A stretch of DNA of 64,000 nt, taken from an uncultured Prolixibacteraceae bacterium. Its GTDB lineage: Bacteria > Bacteroidota > Bacteroidia > Bacteroidales > Prolixibacteraceae. Below, piece by piece: positions 49,469 through 58,190 of this stretch. The DNA lies in contig CAYWUJ010000008.1 of assembly GCA_964461455.1 (NCBI GenBank), forward strand, positions 1,638 to 65,637, in the 5' to 3' direction. Position numbers and translations under genes: made by a program. Each line of letters starts with the position of its first letter. Position 1 is the first letter of the stretch. Under the pieces are notes generated by a model. It worked only from the letters and a program-made list of their open reading frames with translations, ran no database searches and had not been told where the DNA came from.

Positions 49469-49471
49469 AAG

Positions 49472-49870
49472 ATGGAAAACCACTATGCACGTAAGTACAA
49501 TGAGCGTTCCCTGCTGGCGAAGATCAGAAAATTCGCCCGGAAGGCGGGACAGCAGGTGATTTATGCCGTGTTGCTGCTCTTTTATGTGATGAAGGATCCC
49601 GGGGTGGGCATGAAGACCAAGCTGACCATTGCTGCTGCTTTGGGTTATTTTATCGTGCCCACCGATGCCATTTTTGACCTGGCTCCCATATTGGGATTCA
49701 CCGATGACCTGGGCGTGCTGATCTATGCCCTGGTCAGGGTCTCATCTACCATTACCCCGGCGATAAAAGCCAGGGCCCGCGAAAAATTGCAGGAGTGGTT
49801 TAAAAGTCCCGACGAAAGGGAACTCCTGGCCCTGGAGGAGAAAATATCTGCCGGTAATCCGGCAGTCTGA
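49472..49870 (+). CDS. YkvA/DUF1232 family membrane protein
   Basis: ALGYFI.P.DAI.D..P.LGFTDD motif. Confidence 0.88.
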   Translation: MENHYARKYNERSLLAKIRKFARKAGQQVIYAVLLLFYVMKDPGVGMKTKLTIAAALGYFIVPTDAIFDLAPILGFTDDLGVLIYALVRVSSTITPAIKARAREKLQEWFKSPDERELLALEEKISAGNPAV

Positions 49871-49912
49871 CCCTTTTGTCGCCCCGGGTACAATATTTGG
49901 AGGATCATCGAT

Positions 49913-50251
49913 ATGGGTAAAGGAATTATCAAAGGCTGCCTGGTGTTTATGTTGCTGTTGCCGGCGTTGCTTCCCCAGGGTGTGCATGCCCAGGTCAGGG
50001 TAGCCGAGAAACCTGTGCCTCCCCGTGAATTGATGAAAATTCCGCAAAAACCCGGCGACGGTTATCATCTTCTTCCCGGAAGGTGGGTATGGCATCGCCC
50101 TGCAAAGATGTATGCCTGGCTGACTCCCGTATGGGTGGAACCCCCGAAGGGAAAGGTGTGGGCCCCCGGTTACTGGAAGGAAGTCCGCAAAGGATGGGTG
50201 TGGGTTCCCGGAAAATGGGAGAATAAAAAGCGCTTCTGGAACAGGTTCTGA
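49913..50251 (+). CDS. Secreted YXWGXW-repeat protein
   Basis: Signal peptide plus repeated W(V/A)PG.W motifs. Confidence 0.75.
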   Translation: MGKGIIKGCLVFMLLLPALLPQGVHAQVRVAEKPVPPRELMKIPQKPGDGYHLLPGRWVWHRPAKMYAWLTPVWVEPPKGKVWAPGYWKEVRKGWVWVPGKWENKKRFWNRF

Positions 50252-50256
50252 TGAGT

Positions 50257-51165
50257 TCATCCCCCGGTCAGGTGCTGGAAGATGTTTTCCAGGTTTTCCT
50301 GTTTTTCAGTCAGGGCGAGCAGGGTAATTCCTGAATCTACGGCAAACCGGAAGAGGTGTGGGCGGGCATCTTCTCCGGGGAGGGCCGAAAAGAGCCATCC
50401 CTTTCCCTCTTTCACCACTTGTCTGATGCCGGGAATTTTTTCCAGCAGTTCCGGTGCCGGGGAAACGTCAAATTCGGCATATACTTTCTGGACAGAGAGC
50501 AGCGATCTCTCCCTGAGTTGTGCAATGGGACTGTCGGCGACCAGTTTTCCCTGGTTGATGATGATCACCCTGTTGCACATGGCTTCGATTTCCTGAAGGA
50601 TATGGGAGGAGAGGAGGACGGTTTTTTCGCGGGCTACGCGGGAGATGAGGCTTCTGATTTCCCCCATTTGGTTGGGGTCGAGGCCACTGGTGGGCTCGTC
50701 GAGGAGAAGGACCGGGGGATCATGGAGCAGCGCCTGGGCCAGGCCGACCCTTTGCCTGTACCCCTTTGAGAGGGCCCCTATCTTTTTGTGGCTTTCCTTT
50801 TCAAGGCCGGTCATGGCCATCATTTCCCTGACCCGGTCACGCACCCGGGGAAGCTTGTAGAAGCCCGCAGCGATTTCCAGATATTCAGCAATATAGAGGT
50901 CGGTGTAGAGAGGATTGTTCTCGGGAAGGTAGCCGATTTGCCGCCTGATGGCCACCCCTTCCGCAGAGATCTTCTCCCCGTTGATGATCACCTCACCCGA
51001 GGAGGCAGGCAAAACACCGGTGATAATTTTCATCAGCGTCGACTTTCCGGCGCCGTTAGGTCCCAGGAACCCTGTCAACTCCCCGCTGTTCAGGGTAAAT
51101 GAAACCTGGTCAAGCGCTTTCTGCTCTCCGAAGTACCGGGTTATCTCCTTAATTTCTAATGCCAT
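50257..51165 (-). CDS. gldA: ABC transporter ATP-binding protein, GldA-like
   Basis: GPNGAGKST, IGYLPENNPLY, LSKGYRQRVGLAQA and DEPTSGLDPNQ motifs. Confidence 0.8.
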   Translation of the reverse strand: MALEIKEITRYFGEQKALDQVSFTLNSGELTGFLGPNGAGKSTLMKIITGVLPASSGEVIINGEKISAEGVAIRRQIGYLPENNPLYTDLYIAEYLEIAAGFYKLPRVRDRVREMMAMTGLEKESHKKIGALSKGYRQRVGLAQALLHDPPVLLLDEPTSGLDPNQMGEIRSLISRVAREKTVLLSSHILQEIEAMCNRVIIINQGKLVADSPIAQLRERSLLSVQKVYAEFDVSPAPELLEKIPGIRQVVKEGKGWLFSALPGEDARPHLFRFAVDSGITLLALTEKQENLENIFQHLTGG

Positions 51166-51254
51166 TCCAATTAAATAAAAACAAAAATAGTTGAATCTTT
51201 TTAAATTTGGGTTATGTGATTAATTTTGCATTCAGGGCTTTGAAACCACAATAT

Positions 51255-53108
51255 ATGGATAATCCCAATTTCAGGTATATCAACGATTTATGCAGGTATC
51301 AGCGTTACCGTACCCGTGAGGTGCAGGTAGGTTCGATACCCCTGGGGGGTGAACATCCGGTCAGGATCCAGTCGATGACCGATACCGATACCAAGGATAC
51401 GGAAGCTACGGTTAATCAGATTATCGAAATTATCAAGGCAGGGGCCGATTACGTCAGGGTGACGGTGAAGGGGCTCCGCGATGCCGAGAACCTCAGGGAT
51501 ATCAAGAAGGCGCTGGTCGGCAGGGGGTTTAACAATCCTCTCATCGCCGACATTCACTTCAACCCGAAGCTCGCCGAAATTGCGGCGCGCTACATCTCGA
51601 AGGTACGTATCAATCCGGGCAATTTCTATGACAAGCGGGCCAGTTTTGAGCATTTGCTGTATACCGATGAACAGTACCGCGAGGAGCTGCAGAAAATTGA
51701 AGAGTTGTTTATTCCATTTCTGGAGATGTTACGCGAGAGCAACACCGCCCTGCGCATCGGCGCCAACCATGGATCCCTCTCTGACCGGATCATGAGCCGT
51801 TACGGCGACACCTCTACGGGGATCGTGGAATCGGTGATGGAATTTCTCAGGATCTGCAAACGGGTCGATTTCAATAATGTGGTCATTTCCATCAAGTCGA
51901 GCAACACCCGGATGATGGTTTATACTGTGCGGCTTTTCTGTTATAAGATGAAGCTCGAGGATATGGATTATCCTCTTCATTTGGGGGTTACCGAGGCCGG
52001 AGAGGGTGAAGAGGGGCGCATTCGCTCAGCGGTAGGAATAGGAGCGTTGCTGGCCGACGGCATTGGTGACACGATACGTGTATCGCTGACCGAAAAGCCG
52101 GAGCGAGAGATTCCGGTAGCCATGAAGCTGATCAATCATTTCAAGTCGTACCACGATCACCAGAAAATCACGGCCCCCCTGCATGCCCAGACCAACCCCT
52201 TTGAGTACGAGCGGCGTTCGACACGGCCGGTGCTGAATATGGGAGGCAGGTCCCTTCCGGTGGTCATGGCTGATCTGGGAGAGAGGTCCCTGCAGGAAAT
52301 CCTGCCCATTCGCGGCAAACTCATTCCTGAGTATTTCCTGTCGGGGAACAGGGTTCTTGATATGCAGGGCAACGGTTCTCCGGTGATCTCCCTTGAAGAG
52401 TATCTTTTTGAGAGCACCCGTTGGGGCAGGATGAAGTTCATCCGCACCAATAAGATGGAGTTTGACCATTTCATGGACCGCCATCCCGAAATCATGACCA
52501 AGCTCAAGCAGACCCGTAAGACCGTTTTGCTGATGGAGAGCCAGAACCGGAATCCCTTTGCTGAGTTCAGGGCTTTTTTCATGATGCTGGAAACCCATAT
52601 CTGGAAAGTGCCGGTGATCCTCTACCGCCGGTACAACGAAAAGTCGCTCGAGGATCTCCAGATCAAGGCGTCGGCCGACCTCGGGGGATTACTTATCGAT
52701 GGTTATGGTGACGGGATCTGCATCTCGAATGATCATGAAAATATCACCTTTACAGAGCTTAAGGACCTCAGTTTCGGGATACTTCAGTCATCGCGCATGA
52801 GGGTTTCCCGCACCGAATTTATCTCCTGTCCGGGTTGCGGGCGTACCCAGTTCGACCTGCATGAGACCACACGGAAAGTCAAGGAGCATTTTGGCCACCT
52901 GCACCACCTGAAAATCGGCATCATGGGATGCATCGTGAACGGTCCGGGAGAAATGGGCGATGTCGACTACGGATTTGTGGGTTCCGGCAACGGAAAAATC
53001 AGCCTTTACAAAGGACTTCAGTTGGTCAAGAGGGCCATCCCCTTCGAAGATGCCGTGGAAGAGCTGGAACGTCTGATCAGGGAGAATGGCGACTGGGCTG
53101 ACGCTTAG
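51255..53108 (+). CDS. ispG: HMBPP synthase, long (three-domain) form
   Basis: IQSMT, ADIHF, RINPGN, HLGVTEAG, GDTIRVSL, SCPGCGRT and MGCIVNGPGE motifs. Confidence 0.96.
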   Translation: MDNPNFRYINDLCRYQRYRTREVQVGSIPLGGEHPVRIQSMTDTDTKDTEATVNQIIEIIKAGADYVRVTVKGLRDAENLRDIKKALVGRGFNNPLIADIHFNPKLAEIAARYISKVRINPGNFYDKRASFEHLLYTDEQYREELQKIEELFIPFLEMLRESNTALRIGANHGSLSDRIMSRYGDTSTGIVESVMEFLRICKRVDFNNVVISIKSSNTRMMVYTVRLFCYKMKLEDMDYPLHLGVTEAGEGEEGRIRSAVGIGALLADGIGDTIRVSLTEKPEREIPVAMKLINHFKSYHDHQKITAPLHAQTNPFEYERRSTRPVLNMGGRSLPVVMADLGERSLQEILPIRGKLIPEYFLSGNRVLDMQGNGSPVISLEEYLFESTRWGRMKFIRTNKMEFDHFMDRHPEIMTKLKQTRKTVLLMESQNRNPFAEFRAFFMMLETHIWKVPVILYRRYNEKSLEDLQIKASADLGGLLIDGYGDGICISNDHENITFTELKDLSFGILQSSRMRVSRTEFISCPGCGRTQFDLHETTRKVKEHFGHLHHLKIGIMGCIVNGPGEMGDVDYGFVGSGNGKISLYKGLQLVKRAIPFEDAVEELERLIRENGDWADA

Positions 53109-53139
53109 GGTGCCACCGGGGGCGTGTTCGTCTTCGTTT

Positions 53140-53778
53140 CTACAGGAAAAGGCCGAATCTGAAACCTCCCACCATCAGGGTACCTGAATATCCGAGGTCA
53201 CCCCACCATTCATTGTAATAACCATGCAATCCGGAACTGCGGTTGTCGAAACTGAAGCGGATTCCGGTTCCGAGGTAAAAATCAAAGTAAACAGAGCGGG
53301 AAGCCAGGGCCTGGTACCCAAAAATCAGGTTTCCTCCGGTTTTCCAGATGCCGGTCTGCATCATCTCTTCGTGGAGCCCGAAATAGGTGGCGTCATCTTC
53401 CCTGTACTGATAGGAGGTCAGCCCTTCATCCCTGACGGAACGGTACTGGAGCACCGGTCCGTAGGCCAGATAGGCTCCCCGGGGATCTTTCCCCTGACCA
53501 ATGAAGACCCGGTGCTGCAGGTCAATGCCCACGCCTGTCATTTCGTTGAAATTCCACAGGTTGGAATTTTCGGTGACCAGGTAAAGCTGGGGGGCCACTA
53601 CCAGCCATTGATTCCTTCCCGGCAGCCTGATGTCGAAATCGATGCGGGTACCACTGGTGATGGCATACTGGGGCACCAAACCAATGCCGAATCTTTTTTC
53701 TTTGGGAACGGGAATTTCATCCTGCCCTGCCAGAAGGAAGGGAAGCAACAGGAGAATAAGAGAGAAAAAACGAATCAT
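53140..53778 (-). CDS. Putative outer-membrane beta-barrel protein
   Basis: Signal peptide, alternating beta-strand pattern and aromatic C-terminus GFRFGLFL. Confidence 0.6.
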   Translation of the reverse strand: MIRFFSLILLLLPFLLAGQDEIPVPKEKRFGIGLVPQYAITSGTRIDFDIRLPGRNQWLVVAPQLYLVTENSNLWNFNEMTGVGIDLQHRVFIGQGKDPRGAYLAYGPVLQYRSVRDEGLTSYQYREDDATYFGLHEEMMQTGIWKTGGNLIFGYQALASRSVYFDFYLGTGIRFSFDNRSSGLHGYYNEWWGDLGYSGTLMVGGFRFGLFL

Positions 53779-53787
53779 GAGGTGCAG

Positions 53788-54564
53788 TTATTTAATGACT
53801 TTGATTTCACTGAGTTTGGTGATGGTGTCGTTTCCGATCTGGTACTGGACAAAGCCTTCTTCGCCGGTGACCAGGGCCAGGCGGCCCTTCAGGATGAGGT
53901 CGAAGGCCGCGACATCACTGAAGTGGACCAACTGTTTGATCTGCGATTTGTTTTGCACATCAAAGACTTTAATGCCATCATCACACACCCAGAGGGTATC
54001 GTTCCGGATGGCCAGTCCCCGGGGAGAAGAAAGAGAATGGGTGCCAACCTGCCTTGGAGCAGTCTTGTCACGGATGTCCACAATCTGCAGTTCATCGCCG
54101 GCCCTCCAGCACCGCATATTCGAGGAGCTGAGGGTCACATAGGCATACTGGCCGTCGGAAACCACCGGATCGCAGGCATAGATATGTTCGTAAAAGGAGA
54201 TTTTCTCCGGATTCTCCGGGGAGGTGATGTCGTAGATGTACATGCCGGTGGAGGTTCCCAGGAAGAGGTTCTGGTCGAGGGGGAAGATGGTCTCCACACC
54301 AAAGCCCACGTTGCGGTTGGTTTTAAATACGGGTTTTTCCGGATCGGCCAGGCTGAATACCTTCAGGGTGCGGTCGTCGACGGTGTACAGATGATCGCCT
54401 GCGACGGTAAAGCGGGCCATGGATCCTCCAGTTCCCTCGCCTGAAGAGAAGTCCGATTCGAAACTTTCTCCCATCTGGCAGCCGGCCGCCAGGATCAGGA
54501 TAACCATGGCAGGGAGGAGCCTCCGGGTGACCCTGTTTTTAAGGGTTAATTTCTTTCTTTCCAT
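53788..54564 (-). CDS. LVIVD-repeat lipoprotein
   Basis: Lipobox AAGC; GTGGSMARF, VETIFP, GMYIYDI..PENP, CDPVV and LQIVDI motifs. Confidence 0.8.
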   Translation of the reverse strand: MERKKLTLKNRVTRRLLPAMVILILAAGCQMGESFESDFSSGEGTGGSMARFTVAGDHLYTVDDRTLKVFSLADPEKPVFKTNRNVGFGVETIFPLDQNLFLGTSTGMYIYDITSPENPEKISFYEHIYACDPVVSDGQYAYVTLSSSNMRCWRAGDELQIVDIRDKTAPRQVGTHSLSSPRGLAIRNDTLWVCDDGIKVFDVQNKSQIKQLVHFSDVAAFDLILKGRLALVTGEEGFVQYQIGNDTITKLSEIKVIK

Positions 54565-55043
54565 CTTACCAGTATTGCGTTGTCAGGGCGGGCCATTTGT
54601 TCACGGGGGGTGAGTCCCCTGCCGTTGGGAGCCTGCAGTTCCGGGAAAACATCTTTATTGCGGCTGGAAACCTCAATTCCTGTCATTTGGGTAGAGAGGG
54701 TCAGGGAAACCAGATCCACGGCATTGTCGGCATACAGGACCTGGTCCTTCATGGCCATGTCGATGCATCCGTCGATGCGGATAAAGGCGAAATTTTCGGG
54801 TTCCGCGGGATCGGTATTGTCGATCACATGGATGCCCTGGTACTTTTCGTTGATGAAAATAAGGTCGTCTTTCAGGTAGATTTTTCCGGGGTTCCGGATG
54901 TCGCGGGGCCCCTCCATTCGGATTCCCTTTTCCATCTCGCTCCGGAGCATAAAAACCGGCTCATACATCGACACCGGTTCGATGTCAAAGCCCGAAACCA
55001 ACAGGAAAAGAAAGGCCAAAGCCATAAATTTGTACTTTTTCAT
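54546..55043 (-). CDS. Secreted LVIVD-like hypothetical protein
   Basis: PGKIY, GIHVIDNTDP..P and LYADNAVDLV motifs. Confidence 0.72.
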   Translation of the reverse strand: MKKYKFMALAFLFLLVSGFDIEPVSMYEPVFMLRSEMEKGIRMEGPRDIRNPGKIYLKDDLIFINEKYQGIHVIDNTDPAEPENFAFIRIDGCIDMAMKDQVLYADNAVDLVSLTLSTQMTGIEVSSRNKDVFPELQAPNGRGLTPREQMARPDNAILVRWKERN

Positions 55044-55281
55044 AAGAGAGTTTCCGGGATGAATGAATTATTGGATTTTCTGTATTGACGGGGCAGCAGC
55101 CCGAGTGTTGCGTCACGCGGCAAATTTAGTAAATTATGTTCAGCCCGGAAGAAAATTAGCATCCGTATTAAATGATACCGATGGGATGAAAACAATCATT
55201 TTTTGGAAATTGTCACCTGCGTTTGACAATAATAATTAAAATTGTCCATCACAAATTGGATAAACGTTAATCAGGAGCGAT

Positions 55282-55869
55282 ATGATAAAGACAGATTTCA
55301 AGCCGGGAACGATGATTTATCCGTTGCCCGCGGTGATGGTCAGCTGCGGGGAGAGCCCCGAAGAGTACAATATCATCACCATTGCGTGGACGGGCACCAT
55401 CTGCAGTGATCCGCCGATGTGTTACATTTCGGTGCGGCCGGGGCGTCATTCCCATGGGATCATCAGCCGGACCGGGGAGTTCGTGATCAACCTGACCACT
55501 GAGGAGCTGGCCAGGGCCACTGACTGGTGCGGATGCCGCACGGGGAGGAAATTCAACAAGTGGAAGGAGATGAACCTTACCCCGGCACCTGCCCGGAAGG
55601 TCAAAGCCCCGGTGATCGCCGAATCACCCGTCAACATCGAATGTGTGGTCAAACAGGTCATTCCCCTGGGCACCCACGACATGTTCATCGCCGAGGTTGT
55701 CAATATCCAGGCCGACGAAGCCTATATCGACCACAAAGGGGCCTTCAGCCTGGCCAAGGCAGGCCCGCTGGTATATAATCACGGCCACTATTTCGGCCTG
55801 GGCAGAAAAATCGGGAAGTTCGGGTGGAGCGTCGAACGTAAACCCGGACGGGAAAAGGGTCATCGGTGA
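55282..55869 (+). CDS. Flavin reductase family protein
   Basis: YPLPAVMVSCG, NIITIAW, GEFVINL, ESPVNIEC and GTHDMFIAEV motifs. Confidence 0.9.
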   Translation: MIKTDFKPGTMIYPLPAVMVSCGESPEEYNIITIAWTGTICSDPPMCYISVRPGRHSHGIISRTGEFVINLTTEELARATDWCGCRTGRKFNKWKEMNLTPAPARKVKAPVIAESPVNIECVVKQVIPLGTHDMFIAEVVNIQADEAYIDHKGAFSLAKAGPLVYNHGHYFGLGRKIGKFGWSVERKPGREKGHR

Positions 55870-55903
55870 CCTGCGCTTCGGCGACCGGTCATCGGTGACC
55901 TGC
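55858..55903 (+). repeat. 17-bp direct repeat spanning a stop codon
   Basis: GGTCATCGGTGACCTGC at 55858 and 55887. Confidence 0.85.
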
Positions 55904-56107
55904 TGTGGCCCGTCAGGGTAATGGTATGGTTCTCTTCTGCTGGTAAACCTCCTTCCCCCGAAGCGCTGATTCTCCTGAGTCACCCGGCCAAATACTGTAA
56001 AAAAGACATATAGGTATTTAATAGTTAAAGTATGTTAAGCCGTGTTTTTAAGCATACTTTTTCCCATGGTTGAGTGTTATATTCATAACGTCTTAAAACC
56101 AGAAGCC

Positions 56108-56299
56108 ATGATGGAATATGCAAAAGTGATTCTGCCAAAAGTGATATTCAGCAAAATGCTGTTCAGGAAAGAGTTGCGTAAGTGTATTACCTGGATGAGA
56201 CCCGACGAACGGGAGGAACTGAAGGAGTGGTGTGATGACCAGTTCAGGACCCAGTTCCCCGAAATCGTGAAGGAGGCTTTTGAAGATCTTGCCGCATAA
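56108..56299 (+). CDS. Small conserved hypothetical protein
   Basis: MMEYAK.IL.KV.FS..LF.KEL.K...W....E..EL..W pattern, which I recognise from small Bacteroidota proteins. Confidence 0.7.
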   Translation: MMEYAKVILPKVIFSKMLFRKELRKCITWMRPDEREELKEWCDDQFRTQFPEIVKEAFEDLAA

Positions 56300-56336
56300 A
56301 GAGAGGGGGCCCGAAAATATTTCCTAATTTGCCCCC

Positions 56337-56448
56337 ATGAAATGCCCATGCCATTATTTTGTACCAACCGTGATGAAATAGCGAAGCTATTCTTGGCGAC
56401 CGCTGAAAACGGGCAAGGACCGCCAAAATAACCACATGGGTATTACAT
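56337..56448 (+). repeat. ~112-bp structured leader element, copy C
   Basis: ATGAAATGCCCATG...GAAATAGCGAAGCTATTCTTGGCGACCGCTGAAAACGGGCAAGGACCGCCA...CATGGGTATTACAT. Confidence 0.95.
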
Positions 56449-56491
56449 GTGTTTCCAGTAATTTACCAAATGAACGTTATAATTTAAACAC

Positions 56492-57799
56492 ATGAGATCA
56501 AGGGTTCTTATTCTGTTTTTTCTGGTGCTGACCTCGTGGGAGGGGAGGGCATCGGACCTGGTCTCTTTTCTGAAAAGCCGGGAATCTGTTGAGCGTGTGG
56601 AAATTCTGGAGGCCCATCCTTTTTTCAGGGAGTCTTTGCTGGTGTGGGTCAGGCAACCTGTCGACCATCACGATCGGGCAAAGGGAACCTTTCTGCAAAG
56701 GGTCTTTGTTTCCCTGTTGGAGCAAAGCGCTCCCGTGGTATTGGTGACCGAAGGGTACGCCGCGGGCTATGCGAAGAACCCACGGTACCTAAACGAGTTA
56801 TCTCCCTTACTGGGAGCCAATCAGGTGGTGGCGGAACACCGCTATTTCGGGGAGTCGTGGCCTGAGGGGCGTGACTGGCAGTACCTGACCGTGGAAAATG
56901 CCGCCGCTGATCATCATCTGATTACCGGACTTCTGAAACCCTGGTTCACCGGGAAATGGGTCAATACCGGAATCAGCAAAGGGGGACAGACCGCCCTGCT
57001 TCACCGGGTTTTTTATCCCGGCGACGTGGACCTGACCGTTTCTTATGTGGCGCCCATGAACTTCGGGGTGGAAGACGGGCGCCATGAGTCTTATATTGCC
57101 AGGGAGCCGGGCGACCGGGTCAGCCGTAAAAAGATCAGAGAGTTCCAAACCGAGGTACTCCGCCGCCGTGACCGTCTGATGCCCCTTTTCGGGAAGCTGG
57201 TGACCGAGAAAAAATACACCTTCCGGGCTGATCTGGCTGAGATTTATGACTATACCCTTCTGGAATACAGCTTCTCTTTCTGGCAGTGGGGGAAAGACCC
57301 CGCAACGATACCTCCCCTGACCGCCACCGATGAGGAGATCTTCAGCCACTGGATGAGCGTGGCCTCCCCCGATTACTTTTCGCTGGAAGAACTGGAACGT
57401 ATGGGCTCCTTCTTTGTGCAGGCGGCCCGCCAGCTGGGATATTACGGTTATGAAACCCGGCCTTTCCGCAAATATCTGGAGATCCCCTCGACCCGGGGTT
57501 ATCTGGCCCGCCTCTTTTTACCGGAAGGTTACCGGCCGGCCTTTGACCGCTCCTCGGCCGACAAGTCGGCCCGCTTCCTCCGTTCCTCTTCCCTGCCTAT
57601 GGTGTTTATCTACGGCGGTGATGATCCCTGGACGGCCAGCGGGGTGGTGGTGCCCCGGAATAGCAATATCCTCAAGGTGGTACAAAAGGGTGGAAGCCAT
57701 TCCGTCAGAATCGCCACCCTGGAGGAAAGCAACAGAAATGCTGTGCTGACGAAGATCGGTGAAACCATTCCCGTGGCTGTTCCGGCCATGGCGGAATAA
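56492..57799 (+). CDS. Secreted serine peptidase, S28/S37 (tripeptidyl aminopeptidase-like)
   Basis: QPVDH, TEGY, EHRYFGES, GISKGG nucleophile motif, DPW and GSH. Confidence 0.88.
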   Translation: MRSRVLILFFLVLTSWEGRASDLVSFLKSRESVERVEILEAHPFFRESLLVWVRQPVDHHDRAKGTFLQRVFVSLLEQSAPVVLVTEGYAAGYAKNPRYLNELSPLLGANQVVAEHRYFGESWPEGRDWQYLTVENAAADHHLITGLLKPWFTGKWVNTGISKGGQTALLHRVFYPGDVDLTVSYVAPMNFGVEDGRHESYIAREPGDRVSRKKIREFQTEVLRRRDRLMPLFGKLVTEKKYTFRADLAEIYDYTLLEYSFSFWQWGKDPATIPPLTATDEEIFSHWMSVASPDYFSLEELERMGSFFVQAARQLGYYGYETRPFRKYLEIPSTRGYLARLFLPEGYRPAFDRSSADKSARFLRSSSLPMVFIYGGDDPWTASGVVVPRNSNILKVVQKGGSHSVRIATLEESNRNAVLTKIGETIPVAVPAMAE

Positions 57800-57849
57800 A
57801 AATAATTGACCTGTTTTCAGAAGAATTTCCTTTTTGTGCAAATTTTGAT

Positions 57850-57857
57850 TATCTTTG
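57850..57857 (+). promoter_or_regulatory. -7 promoter element of tRNA-fMet
   Basis: TATCTTTG followed by CA. Confidence 0.65.
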
Positions 57858-57899
57858 CACCGCAATTGAGTTCTGAAATTCTTTGAATGAAAAATATAT

Positions 57900-57972
57900 T
57901 GCGGGGTGGAGCAGTTGGTAGCTCGTTGGGCTCATAACCCAGAGGCCGTACGTTCGAGTCGTACCCCCGCTA
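57900..57972 (+). tRNA. tRNA-fMet (CAT), initiator
   Basis: Cloverleaf: GCGGGG/CCCCGC acceptor stem with a 1:72 mismatch, GAGC D-arm, GGG-CTCATAA-CCC anticodon arm (three G-C pairs), GTACG-TTCGAGT-CGTAC T-arm. CCA is not encoded. Confidence 0.96.
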
Positions 57973-57977
57973 CTCTG

Positions 57978-58007
57978 AAAGTCAGGTTTTTACCTGACTT
58001 TTTTTTT
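57978..58007 (+). terminator. Intrinsic terminator after the tRNA
   Basis: AAAGTCAGG-loop-CCTGACTTT followed by a T tract. Confidence 0.85.
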
Positions 58008-58190
58008 GCCCTTATCCTCCCTGTTCCCGGGAATATTGTGCGGTTTTCATGCCGCGATTTTCAACACAGACCTTCCAAAAAAACCATATTCTGACCAGAT
58101 GAAGTGTGATATTCTTACCATGGTAATGTAATTAATGCTAATTTTAAGGGCGGAGAAATTTTCGTTAAGTAATACTATAAAACATTGATT

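Noticed and set aside
51255-53108. Unusually long IspG
   Set aside because: The long form with an inserted domain is already known in Bacteroidota, Chlamydiae and plants.
58115-58126. 12-bp perfect palindrome TTACCATGGTAA upstream of the T9SS gene
   Set aside because: A single short palindrome of this length is expected by chance in 64 kb; I noticed no second copy.
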